In this document: piece by piece, positions 1 to 7,725 of the stretch
Position numbering within the stretch: position 1 is the stretch's first letter
Layout: each line of letters begins with the position of its first letter
UHGV virus genome: UHGV-0105223
Direction: 5' to 3' (one strand)
DNA: 34,682 nt
Origin: a virus
The notes under the pieces: model-generated
What the model was told of the DNA's origin: nothing
The model's database searches: none
The model's input: only the letters and a program-made list of their open reading frames with translations
Translations under genes and position numbers: made by a program

Positions 1-100
1 GAACACAGGCGACTGGAACACAGGCTACAGGAACACAGGCTACAGGAACACAGGCAACAGGAACACAGGCAACAGGAACACAGGCGACTGGAACAGTGGT
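1..100 (+). repeat. 15-bp coding tandem repeat AACACAGGC-NAC-WGG (6 full units at 2-91 plus a degenerate unit), encoding NTGxx pentapeptides
   Basis: Frame 2 reads NTGDW NTGYR NTGYR NTGNR NTGNR NTGDW NSGSF. The same unit recurs at 34639-34682. Confidence 0.95.
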
Positions 101-466
101 TCGTTCAATACCTGTAATCATTCTGCCGGTATGTTCAACACAAAAGAGCAGCCTTTATACCTATTCAACAAGCCTACAGATTTCACGTGGGAAGAATTTA
201 AAAATATTTTTCCAAACGAATATAATCTACTCTTTTATTCATCATTCCCTCTTACGGAATGGGTTGAAGAAGAATATATGTCTGATAAAGAAAAAGAAGA
301 AAACCCTTCATACAAAACAACTGGCGGATATTTAAAGAAAAGAACATATCACGAAGCGTGGCAAATAATGTGGGATAGCTGGACGAAAGAGCAGCGGGAG
401 TCAATTAAAAAACTGCCTAACTTTGACAAGGATATTTTCAAAGAGATAACAGGAATCGAGGTTTAA
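2..466 (+). CDS. C-terminal part of a phage NTG-pentapeptide-repeat protein that starts at 34318 and wraps across the window ends
   Basis: Frame 2 is open from base 2 and in frame with ORF 131..466. The tail GGYLKK...WQIMWDSW...LPNFDKDIFKEITGI is typical of this phage family. Confidence 0.85.
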   Translation, partial: NTGDWNTGYRNTGYRNTGNRNTGNRNTGDWNSGSFNTCNHSAGMFNTKEQPLYLFNKPTDFTWEEFKNIFPNEYNLLFYSSFPLTEWVEEEYMSDKEKEENPSYKTTGGYLKKRTYHEAWQIMWDSWTKEQRESIKKLPNFDKDIFKEITGIEV

Positions 467-509
467 TTATGAATAACAATTTATCAAGACAGAGAGGCAG
501 AGTGGGTGT

Positions 510-968
510 ATGAGTAAACAAATCCTTGACGCTTGCTGCGGTTCACGAATGTTTCATTTTGACAAAACAAATCCGAATGTTGTTTTTATGGATAACAGGG
601 ATTTTGAAGATACACTATGTGACGGCCGTAAATTAAAAGTTCACCCTGATATTGTAGCGGACTTTAGAGATATACCTTTTAAAGATAATACTTTTTCTTT
701 AGTTGTATTCGACCCGCCGCATTTATTGAAAGTTGGGCAAAACAGTTGGCTCTGCAAGAAATATGGGAAATTATCAAAAACGTGGACGAATGATATTAGA
801 AAGGGTTTTGATGAATGTATGAGGGTTTTAAAACCCAACGGTACATTGATTTTCAAATGGGCGACCCGAGATATAACACTCAAACAAATCCTTGATGTTA
901 TAGAAACATGGCCGATAATTTTTCACAAGAATAACAATACATTTTTCTTAGTATTTATGAAAGGCTAA
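510..968 (+). CDS. Class I SAM-dependent methyltransferase (amino-MTase-like)
   Basis: ILDACCGSRMF SAM-binding motif, VVFDPPH motif IV-like, ECMRVLKPNGTLIFKW. Confidence 0.85.
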   Translation: MSKQILDACCGSRMFHFDKTNPNVVFMDNRDFEDTLCDGRKLKVHPDIVADFRDIPFKDNTFSLVVFDPPHLLKVGQNSWLCKKYGKLSKTWTNDIRKGFDECMRVLKPNGTLIFKWATRDITLKQILDVIETWPIIFHKNNNTFFLVFMKG

Positions 969-971
969 CAG

Positions 972-1226
972 ATGATTAAAACCTTAATAGATTTTTTAAC
1001 AAAACTCTCAAATATACTGGCATACATCGCTAATTTTTTAAGAAATACCCAATTTCATAAAAGATATTACGTATATGTTCCAACCAGGAACAAACCAAGA
1101 TTTGTACATCATAGCTATAAATCCGCACGGCAAGAGGCAGAAAGAATATATAAAAAACTCAACAAAGATGAAACTGTTGAAATTTTGCAAATTGTTGACA
1201 GTTTTGAACCGGAAATACCATTTTAA
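972..1226 (+). CDS. Hypothetical phage protein
   Basis: ORF packed in the + strand operon; PRFVHHSYKSARQEAERI resembles small phage early proteins. Confidence 0.7.
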   Translation: MIKTLIDFLTKLSNILAYIANFLRNTQFHKRYYVYVPTRNKPRFVHHSYKSARQEAERIYKKLNKDETVEILQIVDSFEPEIPF

Positions 1227-1238
1227 GGAGAAGAAATA

Positions 1239-1679
1239 ATGACTAACCATATCGAACAACTAATGAAAGTGGCAGGAGTGAAGCCATATAAACGCTCATA
1301 CTTTGAATGCAAGGGCGGACGCAGCACGATTTGTCTTTGCCCTCAAATAGGTGACCCAAATGCTTGGTGTAAAGATGAATGCGAAGAAATGCAGGAAAAA
1401 GTTGAATATCTTCCCCCCGTCTTCACGCCAGAAAAGCAGCTGGAGTTGGAAAAATTATTAATGGATAAAATTGGTTATATAAAAATTTTTCATATACCGG
1501 AAATCCCAGCTAAAATGCCTGAAAGCTACACATACAATATTTATGGTGGAAAATTTGAGTTTAATTCAAAAAACTATATAGGAGAAACAAGACCGCAAGC
1601 ATTAGCGTTGCTGGCTATAAAAGCTATTGAGTTTAATGAACTCGACAAATCAGAAGTAAAGAAAATATTGGAGGATTAA
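1239..1679 (+). CDS. Hypothetical Cys-containing phage protein
   Basis: AAGGAG RBS upstream; operon packing. Confidence 0.75.
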   Translation: MTNHIEQLMKVAGVKPYKRSYFECKGGRSTICLCPQIGDPNAWCKDECEEMQEKVEYLPPVFTPEKQLELEKLLMDKIGYIKIFHIPEIPAKMPESYTYNIYGGKFEFNSKNYIGETRPQALALLAIKAIEFNELDKSEVKKILED

Positions 1680-1681
1680 AA

Positions 1682-2098
1682 ATGAGTGACAACAACATTG
1701 TGTCAATGAATATTAATGAAAGCCTTATCAAACCAATAGTTGAAGCACAAATGAAGCAGGCTATTTTGGATAATATGGGCGATGTAAAAAGCTATATGGA
1801 ACAATTAATTTCAATTGCTTTGAATGAAAAGTGTGATATTGAAGGCAGAACAGATTGTTCTAATTGGGATAAAAAATATACATACATAGATGTATTGATT
1901 AATAATGCGATTCGCTCAGCAGCAAGAGAAGCCATAAAAGAATTTATGGAGCAAGAAACAAAAACATTTAAAAAAGCATTCAGAAATTATTTAAAACAAA
2001 AACAAACCTTAGATAAATTATTCGATTCATTTGTGAATTTTGCCGACAAAACCATGGTTGAAAATAATTACAAAATGGATATAATTTTACAAAGATAG
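1682..2098 (+). CDS. Hypothetical phage protein
   Basis: GGAGG RBS upstream; operon packing. Confidence 0.75.
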   Translation: MSDNNIVSMNINESLIKPIVEAQMKQAILDNMGDVKSYMEQLISIALNEKCDIEGRTDCSNWDKKYTYIDVLINNAIRSAAREAIKEFMEQETKTFKKAFRNYLKQKQTLDKLFDSFVNFADKTMVENNYKMDIILQR

Positions 2099-2123
2099 TG
2101 ATTATTAAAGAGGATTTTGGAAG

Positions 2124-2390
2124 ATGAGTAAATACATAGTAAAAAGCTGTCCTCGAATAGAGCCTTATACAAATAATTGTTGGGATAGTGAATTACCTGA
2201 TGAAATTCCTTGCAAAGACCGTACAGACTGCTCAATAAAGCAGATTGTAGAGCTATGTAAGAGTGCTGTAGATATTTGTAATTGTAAAGATGCAGATAAA
2301 GACATAGATTGCCATTGGTGCAAAGAAGGTGGTCGTGCAGATATAGGACGAAAAATCCTGCAAATCTTAAAGACACAGGAGGTAAAGTAA
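2124..2390 (+). CDS. Cys-rich hypothetical protein, paralog of 2678..2881
   Basis: MSKYIVKSCP...TDCSIKQIVELC...ILQILKTQEVK. Confidence 0.75.
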   Translation: MSKYIVKSCPRIEPYTNNCWDSELPDEIPCKDRTDCSIKQIVELCKSAVDICNCKDADKDIDCHWCKEGGRADIGRKILQILKTQEVK

Positions 2391-2482
2391 TGGAATTAAT
2401 TTTATGTTTGATACTGATTATTGTTACCGTTGCTTGGCTACAGACCGAAAAATATTTAAACAACGATGATGATTGGATTTAA
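2390..2482 (+). CDS. Small single-TM membrane peptide (30 aa, not in the ORF track)
   Basis: TAATG overlap with the upstream stop, GGAGG RBS; MELILCLILIIVTVAWLQTEKYLNNDDDWI. Confidence 0.6.
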   Translation: MELILCLILIIVTVAWLQTEKYLNNDDDWI

Positions 2483-2502
2483 CTTAGGAAGGAAGTGGAA
2501 CA

Positions 2503-2685
2503 ATGACAACTAACTACGAACGAATAAAAGCCATGAGCCTTGACGAGATGGCGAAGTTTTTAAGGCTATTAGTGAATTGTTTTGAAAAAGAAGATTGTAC
2601 CGATTGTCAGAATCGTGTTTTGTGCAGCTGTGCAAATAACAGAGCAGTTAAACAATGGCTTGAAAGCGGGGCAAGAAATGACTAA
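2503..2685 (+). CDS. Small Cys-rich phage protein
   Basis: MTTNYERIKAMSLDEMAKFL...C..C..C...KQWLES, a common small phage family pattern. Confidence 0.75.
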   Translation: MTTNYERIKAMSLDEMAKFLRLLVNCFEKEDCTDCQNRVLCSCANNRAVKQWLESGARND

Positions 2686-2881
2686 ATACATAGTAAAAAA
2701 CTGCCCTGCGTATGGTGTAACAACACCGACAAGTTGCGCTTTGACAAGTGATGATTCTTGTAAATTTACCGACTGTCCGATAAAGCAAGTCGTAGAGCTG
2801 TGTATGAACTATCCGGAAAAACCGGTTAATTCATTAAGCAATAGAATCCTGCAGACCCTGCAGGTGGAAGAGGTGGAGTGA
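2678..2881 (+). CDS. Cys-rich hypothetical protein, paralog of 2124..2390 (start re-called to ATG 2678)
   Basis: MTKYIVKNCP...TDCPIKQVVELC...ILQTLQVEEVE. Confidence 0.7.
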   Translation: MTKYIVKNCPAYGVTTPTSCALTSDDSCKFTDCPIKQVVELCMNYPEKPVNSLSNRILQTLQVEEVE

Positions 2882-3039
2882 TGAAAATAGCAGTTATTTT
2901 TATATATCTTTTTGTATTACTTCTGGGAGCTTTATTCATTAGTTGCATAATGGCAGTTGTACCTTTATCTCAGATAGTTGGTTTTGTTCTGGGCGGTCTT
3001 TGGGGCTGGAAAATTACACAAGTATTTATAAAAAAATAA
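2881..3039 (+). CDS. Small two-TM membrane protein (52 aa, not in the ORF track)
   Basis: TGATG overlap; MKIAVIFIYLFVLLLGALFISCIMAVVPLSQIVGFVLGGLWGWKITQVFIKK. Confidence 0.65.
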   Translation: MKIAVIFIYLFVLLLGALFISCIMAVVPLSQIVGFVLGGLWGWKITQVFIKK

Positions 3040-3065
3040 AAGATTTATAGAAAGAGAGCAGATAA

Positions 3066-3683
3066 ATGGCAGATAAAGAACTAAAAGATTGGTGTAAAAC
3101 TTGCAACGTAGAGCCGCCGGCTATGAAATTCAAATGTCCAGAATGTGAGCATAACCCTGATAAAGAACAGATAATAATTTCTAACCGAAGACAAGGAAAA
3201 AATATTTATACAATAAAGGAAGATGTTGCAGAATTAGAAATAAATAGTAAAAAATATGGGAAATTATTGTTCATTATTGATGCTAGCCTCTTAGATATTA
3301 TAACTAAGCATTATTGGGGTGCACGTTGTTATAGAGGGCATTTTTATGCCTATACACATCTAGGCGGATATAAATACATATCCTTACATCGGCTAATAAC
3401 TCAATGCCCTAATAATTTAATGGTTGACCATATAAATCATGATACTTTTGATAATCGTTCAAAAAATTTAAAAATTTGTACAAATAAAGAAAATCAACAT
3501 AATAGAAAAAATTTTGAAGGTGTTAAGGTGACGAAATGGGGATATCAAGTACAAATGAGGGTTAAAGGCAAATTAAAATGCTTTGGAACATATAAAACCC
3601 TAAGCGAAGCAAAACAAGTAAGAATAAGTGCAGAAAAAGAGTACAGACCTTATGTAAAGGAGATTAATAAATATGGAACATAA
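3066..3683 (+). CDS. HNH homing endonuclease with AP2-like C-terminal domain and an N-terminal CxxC...CxxC extension
   Basis: SLHRLI...VDHINHDTFDNRSKNLKICTNKENQHN (HNH_3 type); GV...WGYQVQM...FGTYKTLSEAKQVR (AP2-like). Confidence 0.9.
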   Translation: MADKELKDWCKTCNVEPPAMKFKCPECEHNPDKEQIIISNRRQGKNIYTIKEDVAELEINSKKYGKLLFIIDASLLDIITKHYWGARCYRGHFYAYTHLGGYKYISLHRLITQCPNNLMVDHINHDTFDNRSKNLKICTNKENQHNRKNFEGVKVTKWGYQVQMRVKGKLKCFGTYKTLSEAKQVRISAEKEYRPYVKEINKYGT

Positions 3684-4068
3684 ATCTATATATCTGGACG
3701 GCGTGGATGTGAGTGGGTGTGAATATTATGACCACGGTATTTGTAATATTCCTGATGTAATAGAAACTTACGACAGTTGTATAGATAAAGACACCTGCCA
3801 CTACAAACAACTCCAACGAAAAACAGCAGAGTGCGAGGAGCTGAAAAAGCAGCTTGAAACCTCTGAAGAATGGCGAATTAAAGCAGAAAGTTTAAACGAA
3901 AAATTGGAACTTAATAACTGCCGCTACCGCAAGGCTCTTGAGGAGATTGAGTCAATATGTTTAGAAGATGTTCATACATTCGCAGACGGAACAGAATTAA
4001 GATATGATTCACTTGATGACATCCTCTACATCATCAACAAAGCGAAAGGGGGAGAGGATAAACAATGA
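3673..4068 (+). CDS. Hypothetical Cys-rich/coiled-coil phage protein
   Basis: AAGGAG RBS; DGVDVSGCEY...CHYKQLQRKTAECEELK. Confidence 0.75.
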   Translation: MEHKSIYLDGVDVSGCEYYDHGICNIPDVIETYDSCIDKDTCHYKQLQRKTAECEELKKQLETSEEWRIKAESLNEKLELNNCRYRKALEEIESICLEDVHTFADGTELRYDSLDDILYIINKAKGGEDKQ

Positions 4069-4220
4069 CAGAACTTGAACTTACAAAATGTGAGCTAAAC
4101 ATGGCGAAAGCACATATAAAATTTTTGAATGACAAAATAAAACGCCGTGATTTTGTAATCGAGGAATTAAAACAAAAATTGAGGGAAGCAAAATGCGCAA
4201 ACCAATTGAACAGAGGATAA
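4065..4220 (+). CDS. Small coiled-coil hypothetical protein (51 aa, not in the ORF track)
   Basis: GAGGA RBS, ATGA overlap with the upstream stop; fills the operon gap. Confidence 0.6.
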   Translation: MTELELTKCELNMAKAHIKFLNDKIKRRDFVIEELKQKLREAKCANQLNRG

Positions 4221-4408
4221 ACAACTATTTTGAACGTGGCAAAGGCGACTGGGATAAACTTTATGACTTTATGGACAAAGAGAGCTTTACACGCTTAGAC
4301 TTCTTAGCTTGCGTGTGCGCAAGCTTATTAAGAGAGCCGGACAATGAGTTTGAAACAGAACTTGGCATCGGCGGAATAAAGTTTGGAATAAATATAAGGA
4401 AAAAATAA
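4193..4408 (+). CDS. Hypothetical phage protein
   Basis: ORF in the operon with a purine-rich RBS. Confidence 0.65.
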   Translation: MRKPIEQRINNYFERGKGDWDKLYDFMDKESFTRLDFLACVCASLLREPDNEFETELGIGGIKFGINIRKK

Positions 4409-4410
4409 CA

Positions 4411-4671
4411 ATGGCAAAACAACATTTTGAAGAAGATGAAGACAAGGGCGTTTCATTCGTAACTCTGTTTTTCGCAATGCTCATCGCATTTACACTGGGT
4501 ATAAAAATTGCAGGGTATCACGCTGAAAAGCATTTAAAAGAAATCATCCTGCCCAAGTGCAATTGCACAATTAAAGACATCGAACACCTGCCCAAAGTAT
4601 TACCGAACCAAGAAGCACAGGCAGTTGAAGATATTGCGCAACTGGAGGTATTTGTTAATGGAAAATCTTAG
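4411..4671 (+). CDS. Hypothetical membrane-anchored protein
   Basis: AAGGA RBS; hydrophobic segment VSFVTLFFAMLIAFTLGIKIA. Confidence 0.7.
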   Translation: MAKQHFEEDEDKGVSFVTLFFAMLIAFTLGIKIAGYHAEKHLKEIILPKCNCTIKDIEHLPKVLPNQEAQAVEDIAQLEVFVNGKS

Positions 4672-4846
4672 TTGTTTATTGATTTTGACAAATGATGAGG
4701 AAAACTTTTTAAATCGAATAGTCAAAGAAAGAAAACGCAAACGGCTATTAGACAGAGTTAACCAGCTGGGCTTTTACATAAGAGAAATGCAAAAAGAACA
4801 GCTCAAAATTTTAAAAGAATTGGATAGAACATCTTTAGCGGGTTAA
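4658..4846 (+). CDS. Hypothetical protein (start re-called to ATG 4658)
   Basis: GGAGG RBS upstream of ATG 4658; stop lies inside the terminator. Confidence 0.65.
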   Translation: MENLSCLLILTNDEENFLNRIVKERKRKRLLDRVNQLGFYIREMQKEQLKILKELDRTSLAG

Positions 4847-4866
4847 ACTCCCGCTTTTTCATTTTA
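4837..4866 (+). terminator. Intrinsic terminator ending the early operon
   Basis: AGCGGG-ttaaact-CCCGCT followed by TTTT. Confidence 0.75.
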
Positions 4867-4991
4867 GGAGTGCCGACCGGATGTATTCCTTCAGTGTCGT
4901 GTACCTGTTGCGATTCTAGATAGCGCAGGCGGTTTCGGGGTGCCGCTCATTACCCCGTCTTTACAAAATTACATGAATGAAAGGCGGTTTT

Positions 4992-5069
4992 ATGAAAGAA
5001 ATTGAACTTATTATTTTGCCGCCAAAAGACAATGAATCCAAAAATGAAGTTGATGTTTTGCAAAATTAA
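4992..5069 (+). CDS. Possible 25-aa peptide
   Basis: AAAGGCGG RBS then MKEIELIILPPKDNESKNEVDVLQN*. Confidence 0.35.
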   Translation: MKEIELIILPPKDNESKNEVDVLQN

Positions 5070-5105
5070 TATATTTGTTGACATTAGAGGAGTGGTGAAC
5101 TACCC

Positions 5106-6302
5106 CTAGCTAAAGCAAGGAGCTTCTAACTTCATTGAGGTTTGCCTATTAGTATTGCTACTGATAGGTCTTATATCCTCTCCATTAGTGTAATCGACAG
5201 TTCCTGCCGATATTTCTCTTTTACCTTCAAACAAAATATTTATTGAAGCGTTTACATCTCTATCGTGTTCAATTTTACAATTAGGGCAAGTCCATTTTCT
5301 TATGTCTAATGGCATTTTATCCATAATGTAACCGCAACTATGGCATGTTTTACTTGAAGGGTAAAACCTATTTATCTCATGAATGTAAGTATCATCCCAA
5401 TCACCTTTATAATGTAATTGTCTTGTTAATTCTCCCCAAGAACAATCATTTATACTTTTGGCTAAGTTTGACCTTGACAATCCTTTGATATTAAGGTTTT
5501 CTAAATACACAACATCATTCTGCATTACTAATTTATGTGATATTTTATGTAACACATCCGACCTACAATTAGCAATTTTTTCATGTATCAAGGCAACTTT
5601 TAGTCTTTGTTTTTCAAACCTCTTACTGCCTTTTGTTTTACGTGATAAATGCTGTTGTGCTTGTTTTAACTTTTTAGCATACTTTTGTGTGAATTTATGA
5701 TTTTTATATTTATCACCATTTGAAGTTATTACTAAATCTTTTATACCTAAATCTATACCCACCTCTTGATTTGTATGATTTTTAGAATTATAATCTTGCT
5801 TTACTGTTATAGATACAAAATACTTATTTGTTGGTGTTTTACTTATAGTTGCAAATAATATTTTACCCTGTAACTGTCTATGTTCTACCACTTTTATTGC
5901 TTCTTTAAACTTTGGAATATATAATTTACCATTTTCAAATTTTACATTTTGTGGAACTGTAAAACTATTTTTAGACTTTTTCTTTTTGAAAACAGGAAAT
6001 TTTGCTCTACCTTGAAAAAAGTTTGTATATGCACTTTCTAAATGTCTTAAACTACATTGTAATACTTGTGAATTTATCTCTTTTAACCAATAATAGTTAT
6101 CATCTTTTTTTAGCAATGTTAATGCCTTTGCTTGCCCGTAATAATTATCAGACTTCCCTGTTTCTTGATATTGCTTTTTCCTCTCAAAAAGAAATTTATT
6201 GTATACAAATCTTACACATCCAAAATACTTATCGAACATTTCTATTTGATATTTATTAGGATATAACCTATATTTGTATGTTTTTGTTATTTCTTTTTTC
6301 AT
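5106..6302 (-). CDS. tnpB: RNA-guided endonuclease TnpB
   Basis: TYKYRLYP N-terminal motif, FGCVRFVYN, RuvC GIDLGIK / YLENL / DRDVNASINI, Zn ribbon CHSCG...CPNC; catalytic D-E-D all present. Confidence 0.95.
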   Translation of the reverse strand: MKKEITKTYKYRLYPNKYQIEMFDKYFGCVRFVYNKFLFERKKQYQETGKSDNYYGQAKALTLLKKDDNYYWLKEINSQVLQCSLRHLESAYTNFFQGRAKFPVFKKKKSKNSFTVPQNVKFENGKLYIPKFKEAIKVVEHRQLQGKILFATISKTPTNKYFVSITVKQDYNSKNHTNQEVGIDLGIKDLVITSNGDKYKNHKFTQKYAKKLKQAQQHLSRKTKGSKRFEKQRLKVALIHEKIANCRSDVLHKISHKLVMQNDVVYLENLNIKGLSRSNLAKSINDCSWGELTRQLHYKGDWDDTYIHEINRFYPSSKTCHSCGYIMDKMPLDIRKWTCPNCKIEHDRDVNASINILFEGKREISAGTVDYTNGEDIRPISSNTNRQTSMKLEAPCFS

Positions 6303-6308
6303 ACTACT

Positions 6309-6337
6309 ATTTTAGCATATTCTCTATGTAAAATCAA
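6309..6337 (-). promoter_or_regulatory. Sigma70-type promoter for a probably leaderless tnpB mRNA
   Basis: TTGATT-17 bp-TAAAAT, 6 nt before the ATG, no SD. Confidence 0.65.
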
Positions 6338-6401
6338 GTGTTTTTGTAAAAATTCATCTCTCAGCTAAAGCGGAGAGTCTTCTTTTTACAATTTGGATAA
6401 A

Positions 6402-6587
6402 ATGAATATTATGCAGTGTGTTATTTATGCTAGAGTGTCGAGCAAAGAACAAGAAAAAGAGGGCTATTCAATACCTGCGCAAATTGATTTGCTGACAAAT
6501 TACGCTAAAAATAAAGGCTTTGAAATTGCAAAAATATTTTCAGAAAGCGAAACAGCAAGAAAAGCAGGGTTGAGTGGTCTAAGTTAG
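6402..6587 (+). pseudogene. Truncated serine recombinase/integrase (N-terminal catalytic-domain fragment, ~60 aa)
   Basis: CVIYARVSSKEQEKEGYSIPAQIDLLTNYA...FSESETARKAG, then an abrupt stop. Large serine recombinases are normally several hundred aa. Confidence 0.85.
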
Positions 6588-6660
6588 AACTATTAAGAAA
6601 GAATTCACCACCCGAAATTTACACGAAATTAAAACTATTGGCAGCATAAAAATTTTTCAA

Positions 6661-6690
6661 TAAAAAACCGGTAACAAATTGTCACCGGTT
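6661..6690 (-). terminator. Intrinsic terminator of the late operon (possibly bidirectional)
   Basis: AACCGGTaACA-aat-TGTcACCGGTT hairpin with a T run on the - strand, between convergent genes. Confidence 0.7.
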
Positions 6691-6713
6691 GTACTGCATC
6701 ATATAAAGAGGGT

Positions 6714-6959
6714 CTAATTAAAATCTAAAAAGTCATCGTAGAGTTTTTTGAATCTTTCCTGCTCTTTTTCCGGCAAGCATTCAAAGTTACGAAACACGAT
6801 TTTGAACGCCTCTTCCGCCTTGTTCGTTGCTTTTTTCAGGTCTCGTTTCTCTTTGATGACTTCGGTTTCGGACTGGTGTTCTTTGGCTGTTGAAGCGAAA
6901 TCAAACAGTCCTTTTATTGCGTTTGAGAGTGCTTCAACGGCTTTTGGAATATCAAGCAT
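6714..6959 (-). CDS. Hypothetical protein, last gene of the late operon (lysis region)
   Basis: ORF overlapping the upstream gene; GGAG/AAAG RBS. Confidence 0.7.
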   Translation of the reverse strand: MLDIPKAVEALSNAIKGLFDFASTAKEHQSETEVIKEKRDLKKATNKAEEAFKIVFRNFECLPEKEQERFKKLYDDFLDFN

Positions 6960-7215
6960 TGTCTTTGACTCCGTTTATCTGGTCGGCGAGTTCAAGCAAA
7001 AAGCTTTCTGCTGTTTGCAACAGCGGGATAGTTGCTTTTAAGATAGTGTTGCCGTATTTGTTTATTGCTTTTATTGCAAACTCAAACACGTGTTCGATTG
7101 ATTCTTTTGTAACGTCTTCTGCAAGGTCGAGAGCTTCTTGTTTTGCGTCTTCTTTAAGTTCTTGTTTTTCATTTTCGTCCATAAATTCCGCCTTTCTGTT
7201 GTGTCGGGTTAGCAA
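6952..7215 (-). CDS. Hypothetical protein (true start probably MDENEKQ, ~7182)
   Basis: AAAGGCGG RBS before the internal ATG; amphipathic helical sequence downstream of the endolysin. Confidence 0.65.
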   Translation of the reverse strand: MLTRHNRKAEFMDENEKQELKEDAKQEALDLAEDVTKESIEHVFEFAIKAINKYGNTILKATIPLLQTAESFLLELADQINGVKDNA

Positions 7216-7260
7216 AACCCGACTTAGTTATTGTTTTTTTACCCAAAATGAGGGGATGAG

Positions 7261-7725
7261 TTAAATTGCTTTATATTGCCTGCCGTCATAGCTTAGACAT
7301 TGCTTTCTGTTATGGTCAAAGTTGTATGATACGTGAACCCATTGAGAGCCGTTAACGGATTCTAATATCAGCTGGTCAAAGTCGCAGTTCTTCCGTATCC
7401 AGTTGAATATAGCCATATTTGATTGGCCTGTAACAGTGATGTCTGCCGCCTGTCCGTTGCAATGTTGAGAAGTCGGCTTTCCGTTTTTATCAACAGCACC
7501 GCCCACTTTTGAATTTAAATCCGGACATCTGTAACCGCTTGTGATGTTTACGGGGTGTCCGATGAGTTTTCTCAAAGGATAAAGTACATTGTCGTGCAGC
7601 CTTACAATGTTAGGGATAAGGCTTTTGGGCACAGAGTTATCAATGCCGTATGCCCGTGCTGTGTCAGAGTATTCAAATTCTTCAAGTTTAAAATATTGAG
7701 ATAGTTGCATAATAATCACCTGCAT
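7261..7725 (-). CDS. Endolysin, peptidase M15A family Zn metallopeptidase
   Basis: LSQYFKLEEF, ITSGYRC, SQHCNGQAADI, DQLILE, WVHVS motifs. Confidence 0.92.
   Translation of the reverse strand: MQVIIMQLSQYFKLEEFEYSDTARAYGIDNSVPKSLIPNIVRLHDNVLYPLRKLIGHPVNITSGYRCPDLNSKVGGAVDKNGKPTSQHCNGQAADITVTGQSNMAIFNWIRKNCDFDQLILESVNGSQWVHVSYNFDHNRKQCLSYDGRQYKAI

Larger units (their letters stand above)
5095..6396 (-). mobile_element. Non-autonomous IS200/IS605-family element (tnpB only, IS1341-like)
   Basis: Related subterminal hairpins at both ends (CCCCTAGC-TAAA-GCAAGGAG 5103-5122; CTCTCAGC-TAAA-GCGGAGAG 6358-6377). Right end reads ...GGGGTAGTTCAC on the - strand. Inferred TAM TTTAT at 6397-6401. No tnpA. 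Confidence 0.8.

Noticed and set aside
1..100. CRISPR-like array
   Set aside because: The period is 15 bp with no unique spacers, it is an in-frame coding repeat, and no cas genes are present.
516..895. 14-bp repeat AAACAAATCCTTGA twice in the methyltransferase gene
   Set aside because: Short, AT-rich and in frame (KQILD); chance or a trivial internal repeat is sufficient.
5106..6302. Cas12f or a nuclease-dead TnpB derivative
   Set aside because: No CRISPR array is nearby, IS ends are present and all three RuvC residues are intact.
5106..6587. IS607-type element (serine recombinase plus tnpB)
   Set aside because: The recombinase fragment is divergent from tnpB, lies outside the hairpin-defined ends and lacks the IS607 N-terminal HTH; the ends are IS200/IS605-type.
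6570..6600. tRNA 3'-end fragment as an attP core
   Set aside because: The reverse complement has only a weak T-loop resemblance with no proper T-stem or acceptor stem.
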